From positions 1-61,414 of the forward strand of contig JBHLPH010000013.1 of assembly GCA_048939625.1 (NCBI GenBank): 61,414 bases of DNA, read 5' to 3'. Of the stretch, positions 17,019-26,740 are shown in pieces. Under the pieces are notes generated by a model, which was not told where the DNA came from, ran no database searches, and was given only the letters and a program-made list of their open reading frames with translations. The first letter of the stretch is position 1. The number at the start of each line of letters is the position of its first letter. The translations under genes and the position numbers were made by a program. This DNA is from Promethearchaeota archaeon (GTDB lineage Archaea > Asgardarchaeota > Hermodarchaeia > Hermodarchaeales > Hermodarchaeaceae).

Positions 17019-17483
17019 ATGACCGGTGAATCCTCCGATCCAGTTCTACAGACTCTCAAATGCTCAGAATGCGGCGCTAAAATCACCCCTGATGCTCTAC
17101 AGCCAGGAAGCCCGCTTATCTGTGAATATTGTGGCGCTATCAACGTTCGCGCCACTCCTCCACTCCCATCTCAGAAAGCTCGAAGAGGTGCACGCCATCC
17201 TAGAATGCGAATACGACATAGTCCCTTCCGTGCTCCGCTTCTCCACACGACAAAATTACTCGCTGATAAGGGTGCCATCGACACAAAGATCCTCCGGCAA
17301 TATACAAAGCGGAACATTGACAACCGGATGCGCCCTGCAGTAGCTTTACGCCAAGCACTCAAGCAAATGCGCGATGAAGGCAAACTGGATCACGACAAGA
17401 TTCTTCGAACGATTGATGAACTTATTGCCGAGAAGAAAATTCCACCTCGGGCTCGTGACAATTTCGCCCGACTTGTACAATGA
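17019..17483 (+). CDS. Zn-ribbon protein with basic helical C-terminal domain
   Basis: CSECGA...CEYCGA; Arg/Lys-rich remainder. Confidence 0.7.
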   Translation: MTGESSDPVLQTLKCSECGAKITPDALQPGSPLICEYCGAINVRATPPLPSQKARRGARHPRMRIRHSPFRAPLLHTTKLLADKGAIDTKILRQYTKRNIDNRMRPAVALRQALKQMRDEGKLDHDKILRTIDELIAEKKIPPRARDNFARLVQ

Positions 17484-17587
17484 TTTGAAGCATCCTGTCT
17501 TTCATTCCTAGGTCCAGAGCACTTTCAGGAAGACGAACACTGTAATCAAGGACCTAGTTAACAAAAAATGGTAACAGAAAATGATGA

Positions 17588-17725
17588 AGGACACTGGGAA
17601 TTATGGCGGATTAGGCACCTCCATAAAAAGGACATTTGTCCTAAAGGACACAATTGGAGGGGAGAGGGAATGGTTTTCTAGGGGGGAGGGAAGTGCCAAT
17701 ATCTATCGCCAAACCCAGTGTTCCC
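17588..17725 (-). ncRNA. Candidate structured non-coding RNA, copy 1
   Basis: Nested stems ACACUGGG/CCCAGUGU, UGGCG/CGCCA and GGCACUUCC/GGAGGUGCC; 28-nt core identical to 47138-47165; TTTAAATA about 25 nt upstream and T-runs downstream on the - strand. Confidence 0.6.
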
Positions 17726-17843
17726 ATTTAAAGCGCTAAGTTTACTTATTTAAAGATTTCATTCGGCGCTACTTTAAAAACTACTTTACAGCCATAAAAA
17801 TCTACGGAACCCGGCATTAAGCAAGATTGGGCTCATTTGGGGT

Positions 17844-19307
17844 CTAGTCAAATTGGAGGGAAGCAGGAACGGGTAATTTGGGGTGGCGTTGGTAGTAGTC
17901 ATGGATAAGTTTCAGGATATCTGCTGCCTCTGCAATATTGGAGAACACCGGAAGATTGGCTTTGCGAAATTGTTCGCGCGTTGCGAGATTTTCGAGTGGA
18001 TAGCCAACAGCAGGAACAGCGACGAAAAAGGGTTTGTGCAATTTCCTCACACAGTATTGTCCCGCATTAATCATCATATCCCAGTACGTTGTTGCCATAT
18101 CCTTAAGTTCCATGTGATTGGCCATGAAGTTTACATAATGAGGTGCGGCTTCAACAATAATGGCGTCGATGTTTTTGTCTTCGGCAACGTAACGAATCGT
18201 TTGGACCGTATTTTCGGGATAGAAGTAGCTAGACGCCATATCTACTGGATTTTTAATATTAGTGCCTACGGCATTGATTACATTCGACAATGCTTGAATT
18301 GTTTCTGAGCTCAATCGAGGAATATCAAACCCATATTGGGCAAGAGAGTCGGTGCCAGCAACTCCAGCTCCTCCACTAATTGCGATTAAAGCGACGCGTT
18401 TTCCTGGAGGTGGTGGGCATCGAATAAAGGTCACAATGGTATTGACGAGGCGTTCAAAGCTGTTAACAGTCACTGCACCCGTTTGATGAAGTAATGCTTC
18501 CCAGATATTTGTAGATCCGGCTAATGCGGCACTGTGGCTGGATACTGCTCGTTTTCCTGCTTCGGTGACTCCAGATTTCCAGACAACAATAGGTTTGTCG
18601 GAGGCGCATTTCGCTATAGCGTTCCGAAGTCGTGGTCCATCACGCACCCCTTCGATATAAATTCCTATGACTTGAGTCTTGGAATCTTGGTGCAGGTACT
18701 CGACGAGTTCCCAGCTGCTAATGTCAGCTTCGTTTCCATAACTGAAGACTTTACTGCATCCGAGTTGAGTTTCAGTGACTGCTAGGTATGCATCGATCGC
18801 TTTGCCACCGGATTGGGAGATAAATCCAACTGGTCCTGGATTAGGTGTTAGATCTGGTCGAAACGAAAAACGGGATTCTGGACATGTTAGGCCCATGCAG
18901 TTCGGACCGAAGGCACGCATGGGACTTGCTTTGATAATCTCTGTGATCTCTTTTTCCCGCTGAGCTCCTTCTTTGGTTCCTAGTTCACTAAATCCACTTG
19001 TGAAGATTGTGACTGCTTTTACGCCTTTAGCGATGCATTCTTTGAGAACTTTCGGAACGAGATGGGCCGGAACCCGGAGAATAGCATAATCAATTGGGTC
19101 TGATATTTCGCTAAGTGTTTTGTAAAATTTGAATCCCAGGGTTTCCTCGACTTTGGGATTCACTGGGTAGATTTTTCCAGGAAAACCATAGTTGAGGAAT
19201 GACTTAAGCCAATAGAATCCGGCAGACGGACTAGTCCCGATGAGGGCAACGGATTTAGAATGGATGAAGTCGTCAAACTGCTGGAAGATCTTTGCGTCCA
19301 TAGGCAT
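17844..19307 (-). CDS. ADP-forming acyl-CoA synthetase alpha subunit (CoA-binding)
   Basis: IYPVNP, FTSGFSE, GPNCMG, ISQSGG, and phospho-His motif SHSAALAG. Confidence 0.88.
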   Translation of the reverse strand: MPMDAKIFQQFDDFIHSKSVALIGTSPSAGFYWLKSFLNYGFPGKIYPVNPKVEETLGFKFYKTLSEISDPIDYAILRVPAHLVPKVLKECIAKGVKAVTIFTSGFSELGTKEGAQREKEITEIIKASPMRAFGPNCMGLTCPESRFSFRPDLTPNPGPVGFISQSGGKAIDAYLAVTETQLGCSKVFSYGNEADISSWELVEYLHQDSKTQVIGIYIEGVRDGPRLRNAIAKCASDKPIVVWKSGVTEAGKRAVSSHSAALAGSTNIWEALLHQTGAVTVNSFERLVNTIVTFIRCPPPPGKRVALIAISGGAGVAGTDSLAQYGFDIPRLSSETIQALSNVINAVGTNIKNPVDMASSYFYPENTVQTIRYVAEDKNIDAIIVEAAPHYVNFMANHMELKDMATTYWDMMINAGQYCVRKLHKPFFVAVPAVGYPLENLATREQFRKANLPVFSNIAEAADILKLIHDYYQRHPKLPVPASLQFD

Positions 19308-19372
19308 CCCTGGGATTTACTCGTGGATAGTCGAAGGGCAATGATGAACTACTATTTTATGCTTCGGAAGAA

Positions 19373-19876
19373 TCAGGATTCTTTAGAGTCTACGAAGATC
19401 TGGGGAAGCGCCTTTTCAACAGCAAACATCACAGCTACACCAATAGCACAGAGAATACCTGTGCTACTCATTATTGAAATGACCCATAAAGCAAATGGTT
19501 GGGCAAAGAAGATTGTCATCATTGCTGGGATGCCTAGCCCGATAATGAGTGTGGGATATAACCAGGCGAGAAACCAATGTGGACAGGTTTTTCGGTTCGA
19601 CGCTAACAATCCGGCCAACAGGTTCAGTAAGCTTCCAATCACAATATCGATGGGTCCAAAGAAGCTTAACCAATTGGCTAATGCGCCACCAATGAAGAGG
19701 GCTAAAGCCATGGGCCATCCAAGGATGAATGGGAAGGGTAGTAGAATATCTGAAATTCGGAACTGAAAAAGACCATAAGCCAAAGGCTGAATCAACCAGG
19801 TCAGAACCGCATAAACAGCGGACATAATTGCCATCAAGGCTGTGCTTTGAATAATATTCAATCTTGCTTGTCGCAT
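19373..19876 (-). CDS. queT: QueT-family queuosine-precursor (7-deazaguanine) transporter
   Basis: AVYAVLT...PLAYGLFQFRISDIL and ANWLSFFGPIDIVIGS; five TM segments; GGTGA SD before ATG 19876. Confidence 0.8.
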   Translation of the reverse strand: MRQARLNIIQSTALMAIMSAVYAVLTWLIQPLAYGLFQFRISDILLPFPFILGWPMALALFIGGALANWLSFFGPIDIVIGSLLNLLAGLLASNRKTCPHWFLAWLYPTLIIGLGIPAMMTIFFAQPFALWVISIMSSTGILCAIGVAVMFAVEKALPQIFVDSKES

Positions 19877-19881
19877 TTTAG

Positions 19882-19942
19882 TCACCAAGCACCCGGGATT
19901 TATTTAGAGCGGAGCACGGTGCTAGGAACCCACCCGCTCGCA
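19882..19942 (-). promoter_or_regulatory. preQ1-I-riboswitch-like pseudoknot in the queT 5' UTR
   Basis: P1 GAGCGG/CCGCUC, loop containing GUUCCUAGCACC, A-rich tail UAAAUAAA, and P2 AGCACC/GGUGCU adjacent to the SD; TTATAA at 19963-19968. Confidence 0.5.
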
Positions 19943-20087
19943 CATCGCCAAGCTCTTCTACCTTATAATTGCTTTGTCAGTGCAACCCGCATCCGAAAAA
20001 AGAGAGGCGCTTGTGCTTCGAGCCTTGAAACTTGAAGCAAGCTTCTAGTTATAAAAGGAGCTAATACAGAGCAAATCATCTGTAACG

Positions 20088-22022
20088 GTGGGTGGCACGG
20101 TGCCAGTTCAAATTGAAGATGATTTGTTTTTTGAAGAAAAGAATGTCATTCGGAACCCTGACGACAAATGGTTCGCTGAGTATCTCAAGCCTTATTATGT
20201 TCAAACCACTGACGGGCAGTACCTTTTTGGTAGTACACAAGCAGGTCGCCGCCCAGACCGAGCTTTCTATGTGATTCCTAAAGGATATAAGCTGGGTAAA
20301 GGTCAACGCAGCTTTGATCGCAAAATCGGATTGAAACTCTTTGACGTAGTCCTTCGATACCTTAGAACTGCCAAGGTTATTGTACAAGACGGAATCCAAG
20401 GTGAGGCTGGCTACAAGACAGGACTCCGTATCGTTCTTAGTGTCGAGAATCTCCAGACTGCGTATATCACATGGTTTGGCCGATTAATGGTATATCCACC
20501 AGAACCCAATATGAAAATTAACTGCTGGAATTATATTGTTCAAGAACGGCTCCCAGACGCCATCATCAAAGAAATCCAGTCTTTTTGGCCTGACTTCGAT
20601 CCCGATGAACCCTTAACGCTCTATGATCTCACACGTATGGATGCAGATCACCGACGAGTAGTGAGTCTTCGAGTTGATTATTTTGGAGGTGCATACAAGA
20701 AACCTAACCTCACCATGGTGTGGAACCGAGGTGAAGCTGATGGATGTATCTCCTATCATGCAGGATGCACCAAAAACCGAGTTCTTAAAGGACTTTCTGG
20801 CACTGGAAAAACGACACTAACGGTTGGTCCTCAGTTAGAACAAGATGATGCAATACTCGGATTACTCAAACATGATTCCGCTTCCAAAATTCAGGAAGTC
20901 CAGCTAATTGGTCTTGAAGCTGCATCGTATGCCAAGAGTGAAGGATTGGTTCCAGAAAGCCCTGAATGGCCTGGATTAATGAAATCACAAAAGATTCGTC
21001 CTGACGGAACACGCGCCGTAGTTCTTGCCCAAAATATCGATTGTGATGGCATTGAATACCAAATCGAAGAAATTGCTGGCTTTCAGGTAAAGGTTCCTAA
21101 ATCCCTCAAAGGTCAAAGTGTTGGTCACCTGCAACCAACACGCTACGAACAATCAGGAACAACCAATGGTCGGTTTGTCTTTCGCTTCTATGATCTTAAT
21201 CCAGACTGGACCCCTGGATCGCCAAAAACTTTACAGACTGAAATGCTCTCCTTTCGGCGATTTGATGTCTTCCCATTAGTTGTTCGAATTACTGATCCTA
21301 TTATGGCGGTTGCCCTTGATTCTGCCTGTGAGTCTGTAATTACCTCAGCTATTGGAGGAAAAATCCCTGGTACCCGCGTGCGGTCATATGCCGCCACTGA
21401 CTTCATGGCTCGGGAACAAGCCAAACAAGCCCTACTGAAAGTCCGAATGTATACGGACATGGATCTCAGTTTGAACGGAAATCTCGTTTTTGCCATCGTT
21501 AATTCCGGATATGTTGGCGAATTTGACCTATCTGGTAGCCAACGTCCACGGCTGGATGAAAAGAGTCAACCCGTGCCGAAAATCGACCATGCGACTGGAA
21601 AGCCCTACCTCAATGCCCAAGGTAAACCTGTGTACTTAGGCTTAGGCGAAAAAATTCGCGTTCAAGATACTAAACTCCTTGTCCATTTGACTGAAACTCG
21701 AGCTATCAAAAATTGGCTCCCTCATCCGGTGTTTGGTGACTCATATCTCGTTCCTGAACCTGCTGAACTCGAAGAAACTCACGGACTCCACAACTATCGA
21801 CACCGTTTCAACCCCTTAAGATTTTATTCCGCAAATGAATACCTCTCCTTCTGCCAACGAGATATCGACGAACGAACCACCTATCTGCACGACCTCTTTT
21901 CAGGCCAAGAAGGCGCCGAAGACCTTCGCCCAGTTATCGATGTTTGGAAGAAAATCCATCTTCCTGGAGCCCAAATAATCCAAGACTTTTATGATACTCA
22001 TTTCGGACCAGTACCGCAATAG
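20088..22022 (+). CDS. Divergent ATP-type phosphoenolpyruvate carboxykinase-like protein
   Basis: FGGAYKK, YHAG, GLSGTGKTTL, QDD, EAASYAK and TNGR occur in the order of the PEPCK(ATP) motifs. Confidence 0.75.
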   Translation: MGGTVPVQIEDDLFFEEKNVIRNPDDKWFAEYLKPYYVQTTDGQYLFGSTQAGRRPDRAFYVIPKGYKLGKGQRSFDRKIGLKLFDVVLRYLRTAKVIVQDGIQGEAGYKTGLRIVLSVENLQTAYITWFGRLMVYPPEPNMKINCWNYIVQERLPDAIIKEIQSFWPDFDPDEPLTLYDLTRMDADHRRVVSLRVDYFGGAYKKPNLTMVWNRGEADGCISYHAGCTKNRVLKGLSGTGKTTLTVGPQLEQDDAILGLLKHDSASKIQEVQLIGLEAASYAKSEGLVPESPEWPGLMKSQKIRPDGTRAVVLAQNIDCDGIEYQIEEIAGFQVKVPKSLKGQSVGHLQPTRYEQSGTTNGRFVFRFYDLNPDWTPGSPKTLQTEMLSFRRFDVFPLVVRITDPIMAVALDSACESVITSAIGGKIPGTRVRSYAATDFMAREQAKQALLKVRMYTDMDLSLNGNLVFAIVNSGYVGEFDLSGSQRPRLDEKSQPVPKIDHATGKPYLNAQGKPVYLGLGEKIRVQDTKLLVHLTETRAIKNWLPHPVFGDSYLVPEPAELEETHGLHNYRHRFNPLRFYSANEYLSFCQRDIDERTTYLHDLFSGQEGAEDLRPVIDVWKKIHLPGAQIIQDFYDTHFGPVPQ

Positions 22023-22038
22023 ACACATTTTTTCAGGA

Positions 22039-23313
22039 GTGTGTCGCCAATCTGATGTGTCATCCCAAAGAATTGCTGGTCTAAGTTTCATCCTTATCCT
22101 TGGTGTTAGTCTCCAACCTTTCACAACAGCCGCTTCCCTATTTCCGCAATTTAATATCCTACAAACACTTAACCTGAACCAACACCTTCTATGGCAATTC
22201 CTCCTGCCTAACGAATTAGGATTCGTCTGCCTTAGCGCCAACGGACAAACTGTCGCAGTTACAACTGGATTAGAACCCAGTACGTTAACCGTCCTTGATG
22301 GAACTACCGGACACGTTCTGTGGGACTTTATTCCAACAGGCCTAGAACAAGAAAACCGCACTATTACGGCCATTGGAATGTCCACAGATGGAGAATATCT
22401 CGCCATCGGCACCGCAGGCGGCAGCATCTATATGTTCCATCGAAGTTCCAATACCATTGTACAAACCTGGCATGCTTATCACCCAATCACCGCTATCACA
22501 CTCTCAGAACTTGGCACTTTCATTTCTATAGCCTTTGCTGGTTCCCTTTACTATCTCAGACGCATTGACGGTGTGGTGCTCTGGAGCCTCACAATTGCCC
22601 TCCCACCACATCAAATCACTAACATCACTAACGACCAAACCGGAAATCACCTCACAATAAGTACCAACACTCCCTCATTGACCTTCATCTTCACTAGCAC
22701 TGAATATTATTGGAATATTAGCCTCACCGAACCATCCCAAGCACTCCAACTCAACGCCGATGGAACTCGAATTCTGTTGATTAGTCAATCAGCATGTCGA
22801 CTCCTCGATCAAAATGGAGCCACTGAACAACAATATCCTCTCGCTTCCCCAATCTTTTCCTTCAGTACATCAGGAAACTACCTAGCTCTCGCACCAAATG
22901 AAACGGTTTTCTTCTATTCAACCCAATCAACCACTCCAATAAACCAATATACCTTCACAGGAGAAACACCATCTAGTCTTGGAATAACCTTCGATGAACG
23001 CGTTTTACTCCTCGGAACTATTGCTGGAACAATCTGCACAATAAATCCCGTCAACTTCGAATCCTTATGGACACTCAACCTGGGAGAACCAATAAATCGC
23101 ATCCTTACTCCCCAACAAGGCGATACATTTCTTGTCGCCACCCAAACAACCCTCCTGTTTCTCAGAATATCCAGTGTTAGCGGGTTTTACATCCACGTCC
23201 TTCCTATCTTAGTAATCCTGGTAGTAACAGTAGTTGCAGGAATAATTACCATAATGTTCCTTAAGCCAAAAAAGAAACGATACAATCTTACGCAAGAACA
23301 ACAGGCTAAATAA
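22039..23313 (+). CDS. Secreted/membrane-anchored WD40/PQQ-like beta-propeller protein
   Basis: Hydrophobic N-terminus, repeats such as ITAIGMSTDGEYLAIGT, and C-terminal TM followed by a KPKKKR tail; start uncertain. Confidence 0.75.
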   Translation: MCRQSDVSSQRIAGLSFILILGVSLQPFTTAASLFPQFNILQTLNLNQHLLWQFLLPNELGFVCLSANGQTVAVTTGLEPSTLTVLDGTTGHVLWDFIPTGLEQENRTITAIGMSTDGEYLAIGTAGGSIYMFHRSSNTIVQTWHAYHPITAITLSELGTFISIAFAGSLYYLRRIDGVVLWSLTIALPPHQITNITNDQTGNHLTISTNTPSLTFIFTSTEYYWNISLTEPSQALQLNADGTRILLISQSACRLLDQNGATEQQYPLASPIFSFSTSGNYLALAPNETVFFYSTQSTTPINQYTFTGETPSSLGITFDERVLLLGTIAGTICTINPVNFESLWTLNLGEPINRILTPQQGDTFLVATQTTLLFLRISSVSGFYIHVLPILVILVVTVVAGIITIMFLKPKKKRYNLTQEQQAK

Positions 23314-23406
23314 GAAACTCAGTTACCGATTCCACCTCTTTCAGAGGAAATTGAAGAAGACTCTTAATCTGCCACAACCGAGATGACAGCCTAGAGGTTC
23401 TTCGGA

Positions 23407-24159
23407 TTGTCGATATACAACGAATTTGCTGCGACATATGCTGCTGGTACATATCCACAATTTAGCAGGCAAATGGCAACCGTAATTCCATCCCTCTTAA
23501 CCGCACTCAAATTTCAACCAAAAACTCTCCTAGATATTGCCTGTGGCGAAGGAACCTTCGCAATTGCGATGGCTCAACAGGGATTTGATGTAACCGGTAT
23601 TGACCAATCATCTGAAATGCTGTCTATTGCAAAGAGACAAGCAAAACAGCACGTGCGAAAAGTAGTCTTTCAGAGAATGGATATGCGAAACCTAAAATTG
23701 CGAGAAACCTTTGATTTAATCACTTGCTGGTTCGATAGCCTCAATTATCTCTTAACAAACAAGGATCTCGAAACGACCTTCAAAGGCGTTCATGCGCATT
23801 TGAATTCCGGTGGCTTCTTCATCTTCGACATGAACACCATCTTTTGGTTGAAGACACTGGCAGACCGTTATGCCGTTATCATTGAAAAAGAAACCAATGA
23901 CATTTTCCAAGTTCATCGCCATACTTTCGATGAGGAAAAAAGCATCGCGACCTTTCATCTTATTGCCTTTCTCAAGGAAAATGATTGCTGGCATCGTCGC
24001 GTTGATGAAACTCACTATGAGCGTGGATATACTATTGAAGAAATTCGGTCCTGTTTAAACAATGCAAAACTTACCGAAGTCGCTTGCTATGGAAATCTGG
24101 AAGAACGCCATCCATACACTCCGCAAAGTAAGCGAGTTTGGTTTATCACTAAAAAATAA
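23407..24159 (+). CDS. Class I SAM-dependent methyltransferase
   Basis: LLDIACGEG, GIDQSSEML, FDSLNY and GGFFIFD motifs. Confidence 0.9.
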   Translation: MSIYNEFAATYAAGTYPQFSRQMATVIPSLLTALKFQPKTLLDIACGEGTFAIAMAQQGFDVTGIDQSSEMLSIAKRQAKQHVRKVVFQRMDMRNLKLRETFDLITCWFDSLNYLLTNKDLETTFKGVHAHLNSGGFFIFDMNTIFWLKTLADRYAVIIEKETNDIFQVHRHTFDEEKSIATFHLIAFLKENDCWHRRVDETHYERGYTIEEIRSCLNNAKLTEVACYGNLEERHPYTPQSKRVWFITKK

Positions 24160-24164
24160 GTCCA

Positions 24165-24508
24165 CTACTTCTCTGCCCTAAGCGCGTTCTGGTAACTTTT
24201 CATCACATAAGGCATTACTTCAAAAAATTTTGATTTTTCTTTGATGGGGAGCTGCACCCACTTTTGCTTCACACGCTGGTCTGATTCAAAGGCCTTTGCC
24301 TTGGGAAGATTGAAGGCTTCTGCCCGATCCGCTTCAGGCAATCGCGTGAGTACAAAACCATCGGTGACTAAAAAACAAACAACTTCTCGCCAGCTTTGTA
24401 ACATGGACAGCCAACCATCTTCTTAGTGGACAGATTGGGGTGTTGCAGCATTTCCTCTTCGAACTCTTCGCGAATCCCCTTCATTTGCTCCTCTGAATAA
24501 AACTTCAC
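24165..24508 (-). pseudogene. TfoX/YjbR-like small protein split by a 1-nt frameshift in a T6 run
   Basis: MKFYSEEQ...KKMVGCPCYKAGEKLFVF continues in the -1 frame as LVTDGFVLTRLP...KWVQLP...SYQNAL; junction GTT TTT TAG at 24368-24376. Confidence 0.6.
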
Positions 24509-24617
24509 GGTTATTAGCTCGACTTGCTTCCGCTCTTGCTGCCTTATAGATAATTTTAACATACTACACAATATAAGACACCTCATACCAACAAGTATGT
24601 GAGAATTGGTGATACCC

Positions 24618-25817
24618 ATGGAAATCCGCAAACTCACCAAAGAGGACATGACTCAAGTGGTCAAACTCCACCAATATGCCTACGGGTTCTGGACCGACCA
24701 GGATGTCCGCGACGAAGACTACACACACATGATTCCTGAAAACATCCTCGGGCTCTTCGAAGGAGACACACTCCTCACGGTTCTCACCATTATGCGAACG
24801 CAGCAATCTATCCGTGGCGTCCTCAAGAGTATGGGTGGAATCTCCATGGTGGGGACTTACCCTGAGGCTCGAATGAAAGGGTATGTCCGCACCATCATGC
24901 AAAGCGCCTTCTTGGAAATGAAAGAGACAGGTCTTTCAGTTAGTATGCTTGAGCCATTTCGGGAATCATTCTATTCTCGACTCGGATACGTACCTGCCCA
25001 TGAGAAATTCCGACTGAAAGCCCCCTTTGACGGGCTTCGCATTCCGCCAGATGATGTCATTGGAGAAAGCTGGGTCTTCGAACGCGTTCCTGGCCATGAA
25101 GCAAAGGATACGTATATGACATTCATCCAAGAGTTTGCTCCTAAAGCCTTCCACGGATATGCATTCAATCCAGAAATTCGTGATGAAGAATGGAACCGAC
25201 GGAACAAAAACCGGCTTTTCGTCTTTATCAAGAAAGCAGGGAAAGTCGAAGCTTTGGCTCGATACCAGATCAAAGGCTACATGCACTTTGACGAATCTGG
25301 CGAACTCATTGTCGAAGAAATGTACTGGCGCACCCTCCCTGCGAAGGCTGCCCTCTTTAACTATTTAGGCAAACACCGCGACCAAGTTCAGACTCTCCGA
25401 ATGATAATACCCTATGGGGTCGACTTTCAACACTGGTTTGAAGATCTCAGAGACTGGATTGAACTCAAGGTCTGGCACCCATGGATGGTTCGAGTAGTTG
25501 ATGTCAAAGAAGCCCTCATGGGACTTCCCGTGACTACAGATGGCGAACTGGTCATCACAGTAATTGATCCCCAATGTGGCTGGAATAATGGCAACTATGT
25601 AATCCAAACAACTAATGGTCGATTCACCGTCAAAACTACAAAACGGGCTGCGAAACTCGAATCTTCGATTCACGGATTAAGCGCCCTCGTATATGGAACT
25701 CACTCCATTGAAGCCCTCGAATATGCTGGCTGGATTAAAGGCGTTACCCAGTCAACGCGAGAACTTCTCGGCAGCTGGTTCCCCCAACTTCCTCTTTATA
25801 ATCCTTATAATTACTGA
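24618..25817 (+). CDS. Eis-like GNAT acetyltransferase, second paralogue
   Basis: VGTYPEARMKGYV, FYSRLGY, MVRVVDV and QCGWNNG motifs; collinear with 15175-16383. Confidence 0.88.
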   Translation: MEIRKLTKEDMTQVVKLHQYAYGFWTDQDVRDEDYTHMIPENILGLFEGDTLLTVLTIMRTQQSIRGVLKSMGGISMVGTYPEARMKGYVRTIMQSAFLEMKETGLSVSMLEPFRESFYSRLGYVPAHEKFRLKAPFDGLRIPPDDVIGESWVFERVPGHEAKDTYMTFIQEFAPKAFHGYAFNPEIRDEEWNRRNKNRLFVFIKKAGKVEALARYQIKGYMHFDESGELIVEEMYWRTLPAKAALFNYLGKHRDQVQTLRMIIPYGVDFQHWFEDLRDWIELKVWHPWMVRVVDVKEALMGLPVTTDGELVITVIDPQCGWNNGNYVIQTTNGRFTVKTTKRAAKLESSIHGLSALVYGTHSIEALEYAGWIKGVTQSTRELLGSWFPQLPLYNPYNY

Positions 25818-26004
25818 ACTGATTTAGATCATGGACCATCTCTGAGTGTTTTTCCATTCACAAGTACTTTTACAAGCTTGTTCTTTTTATTAGACCATTT
25901 ATCCGGATTAAAATATTACTCGTTTTAACGTAAAAACAGTAAAATTGAAATGTGGCCAATCAACAAATAAAATTGAATTCCGGTTCAAAGGAGAGACATA
26001 CAAC

Positions 26005-26709
26005 TTGATTGAAGGAAAAAGTAGCCAATCATTAGCGCGTACATTAATAATTCAATACCTGACTATTACCCTTTTCAGCTACTTGTTCATCAATCTCGCC
26101 TTTTTCTTAGTTCTGTCTCCTCTTATTCCCAATGAACTCTGGGGTCCACTAGCTTATACTGGCTCTGAACCTGCGTTCATAAGATGGACAATTCTCACGC
26201 TACGATTTTACATCGCCCTTATCCCCTTTTTCATTAATGCCGCTGTTGGGCTCTGGTGGCTCATGCAAACCTTCGATCCCGATCCACCAATTCCTATGCG
26301 TCTTTTCTGGGGAAATCTTGCTGGACTTTTAATTGCACTACCCTTACTTCTACAACTCCCATATTTTATGGCAAGTCTCGCATTTGATCCTGAATTCGCT
26401 GCCGCTCAGGCTTGGTTGTGGTCAATACCCATCTTTGTTTGGACCGTTCTGATTTATCTTCTCGTAGTCTCCACAATAACCGCAAGCCATCCTTTTACAC
26501 ATATCAGGAAACTTTTCCTTAATCCCCTTTTCTGGCTGCTATTTGTTATTCTCATTCTTCATGCGTATTTCGCCTTCATTGGACTAGTGTTAATTGACCT
26601 CTCTATGACTCCACTGGTCTCAATTCTACTCGCAATTCTTATTCCTCTCCTTCTTCTTTGCTTCACTTCCCCCGCACACACAAAAATTTACCAAAAATCC
26701 GAATACTAA
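26005..26709 (+). CDS. Polytopic membrane protein of unknown function
   Basis: About 6 hydrophobic segments; start uncertain (TTG 26005 after GGAG). Confidence 0.65.
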   Translation: MIEGKSSQSLARTLIIQYLTITLFSYLFINLAFFLVLSPLIPNELWGPLAYTGSEPAFIRWTILTLRFYIALIPFFINAAVGLWWLMQTFDPDPPIPMRLFWGNLAGLLIALPLLLQLPYFMASLAFDPEFAAAQAWLWSIPIFVWTVLIYLLVVSTITASHPFTHIRKLFLNPLFWLLFVILILHAYFAFIGLVLIDLSMTPLVSILLAILIPLLLLCFTSPAHTKIYQKSEY

Positions 26710-26740
26710 CGAATTTAAACGCCTTAAGATTCAAACCGGT

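Noticed and set aside
17641-17727. The repeated element as a small peptide gene (MGTLGLAIDIGTSLPPRKPFPLPSNCVL; GTSLPPRKPFPL is also readable in copy 2 with two synonymous changes)
   Set aside because: Copy 2 has an in-frame TAG just upstream and no start codon. Conservation continues beyond the stop in copy 1, and the substitutions are compatible with the stem pairing. Disfavoured, but not fully excluded.
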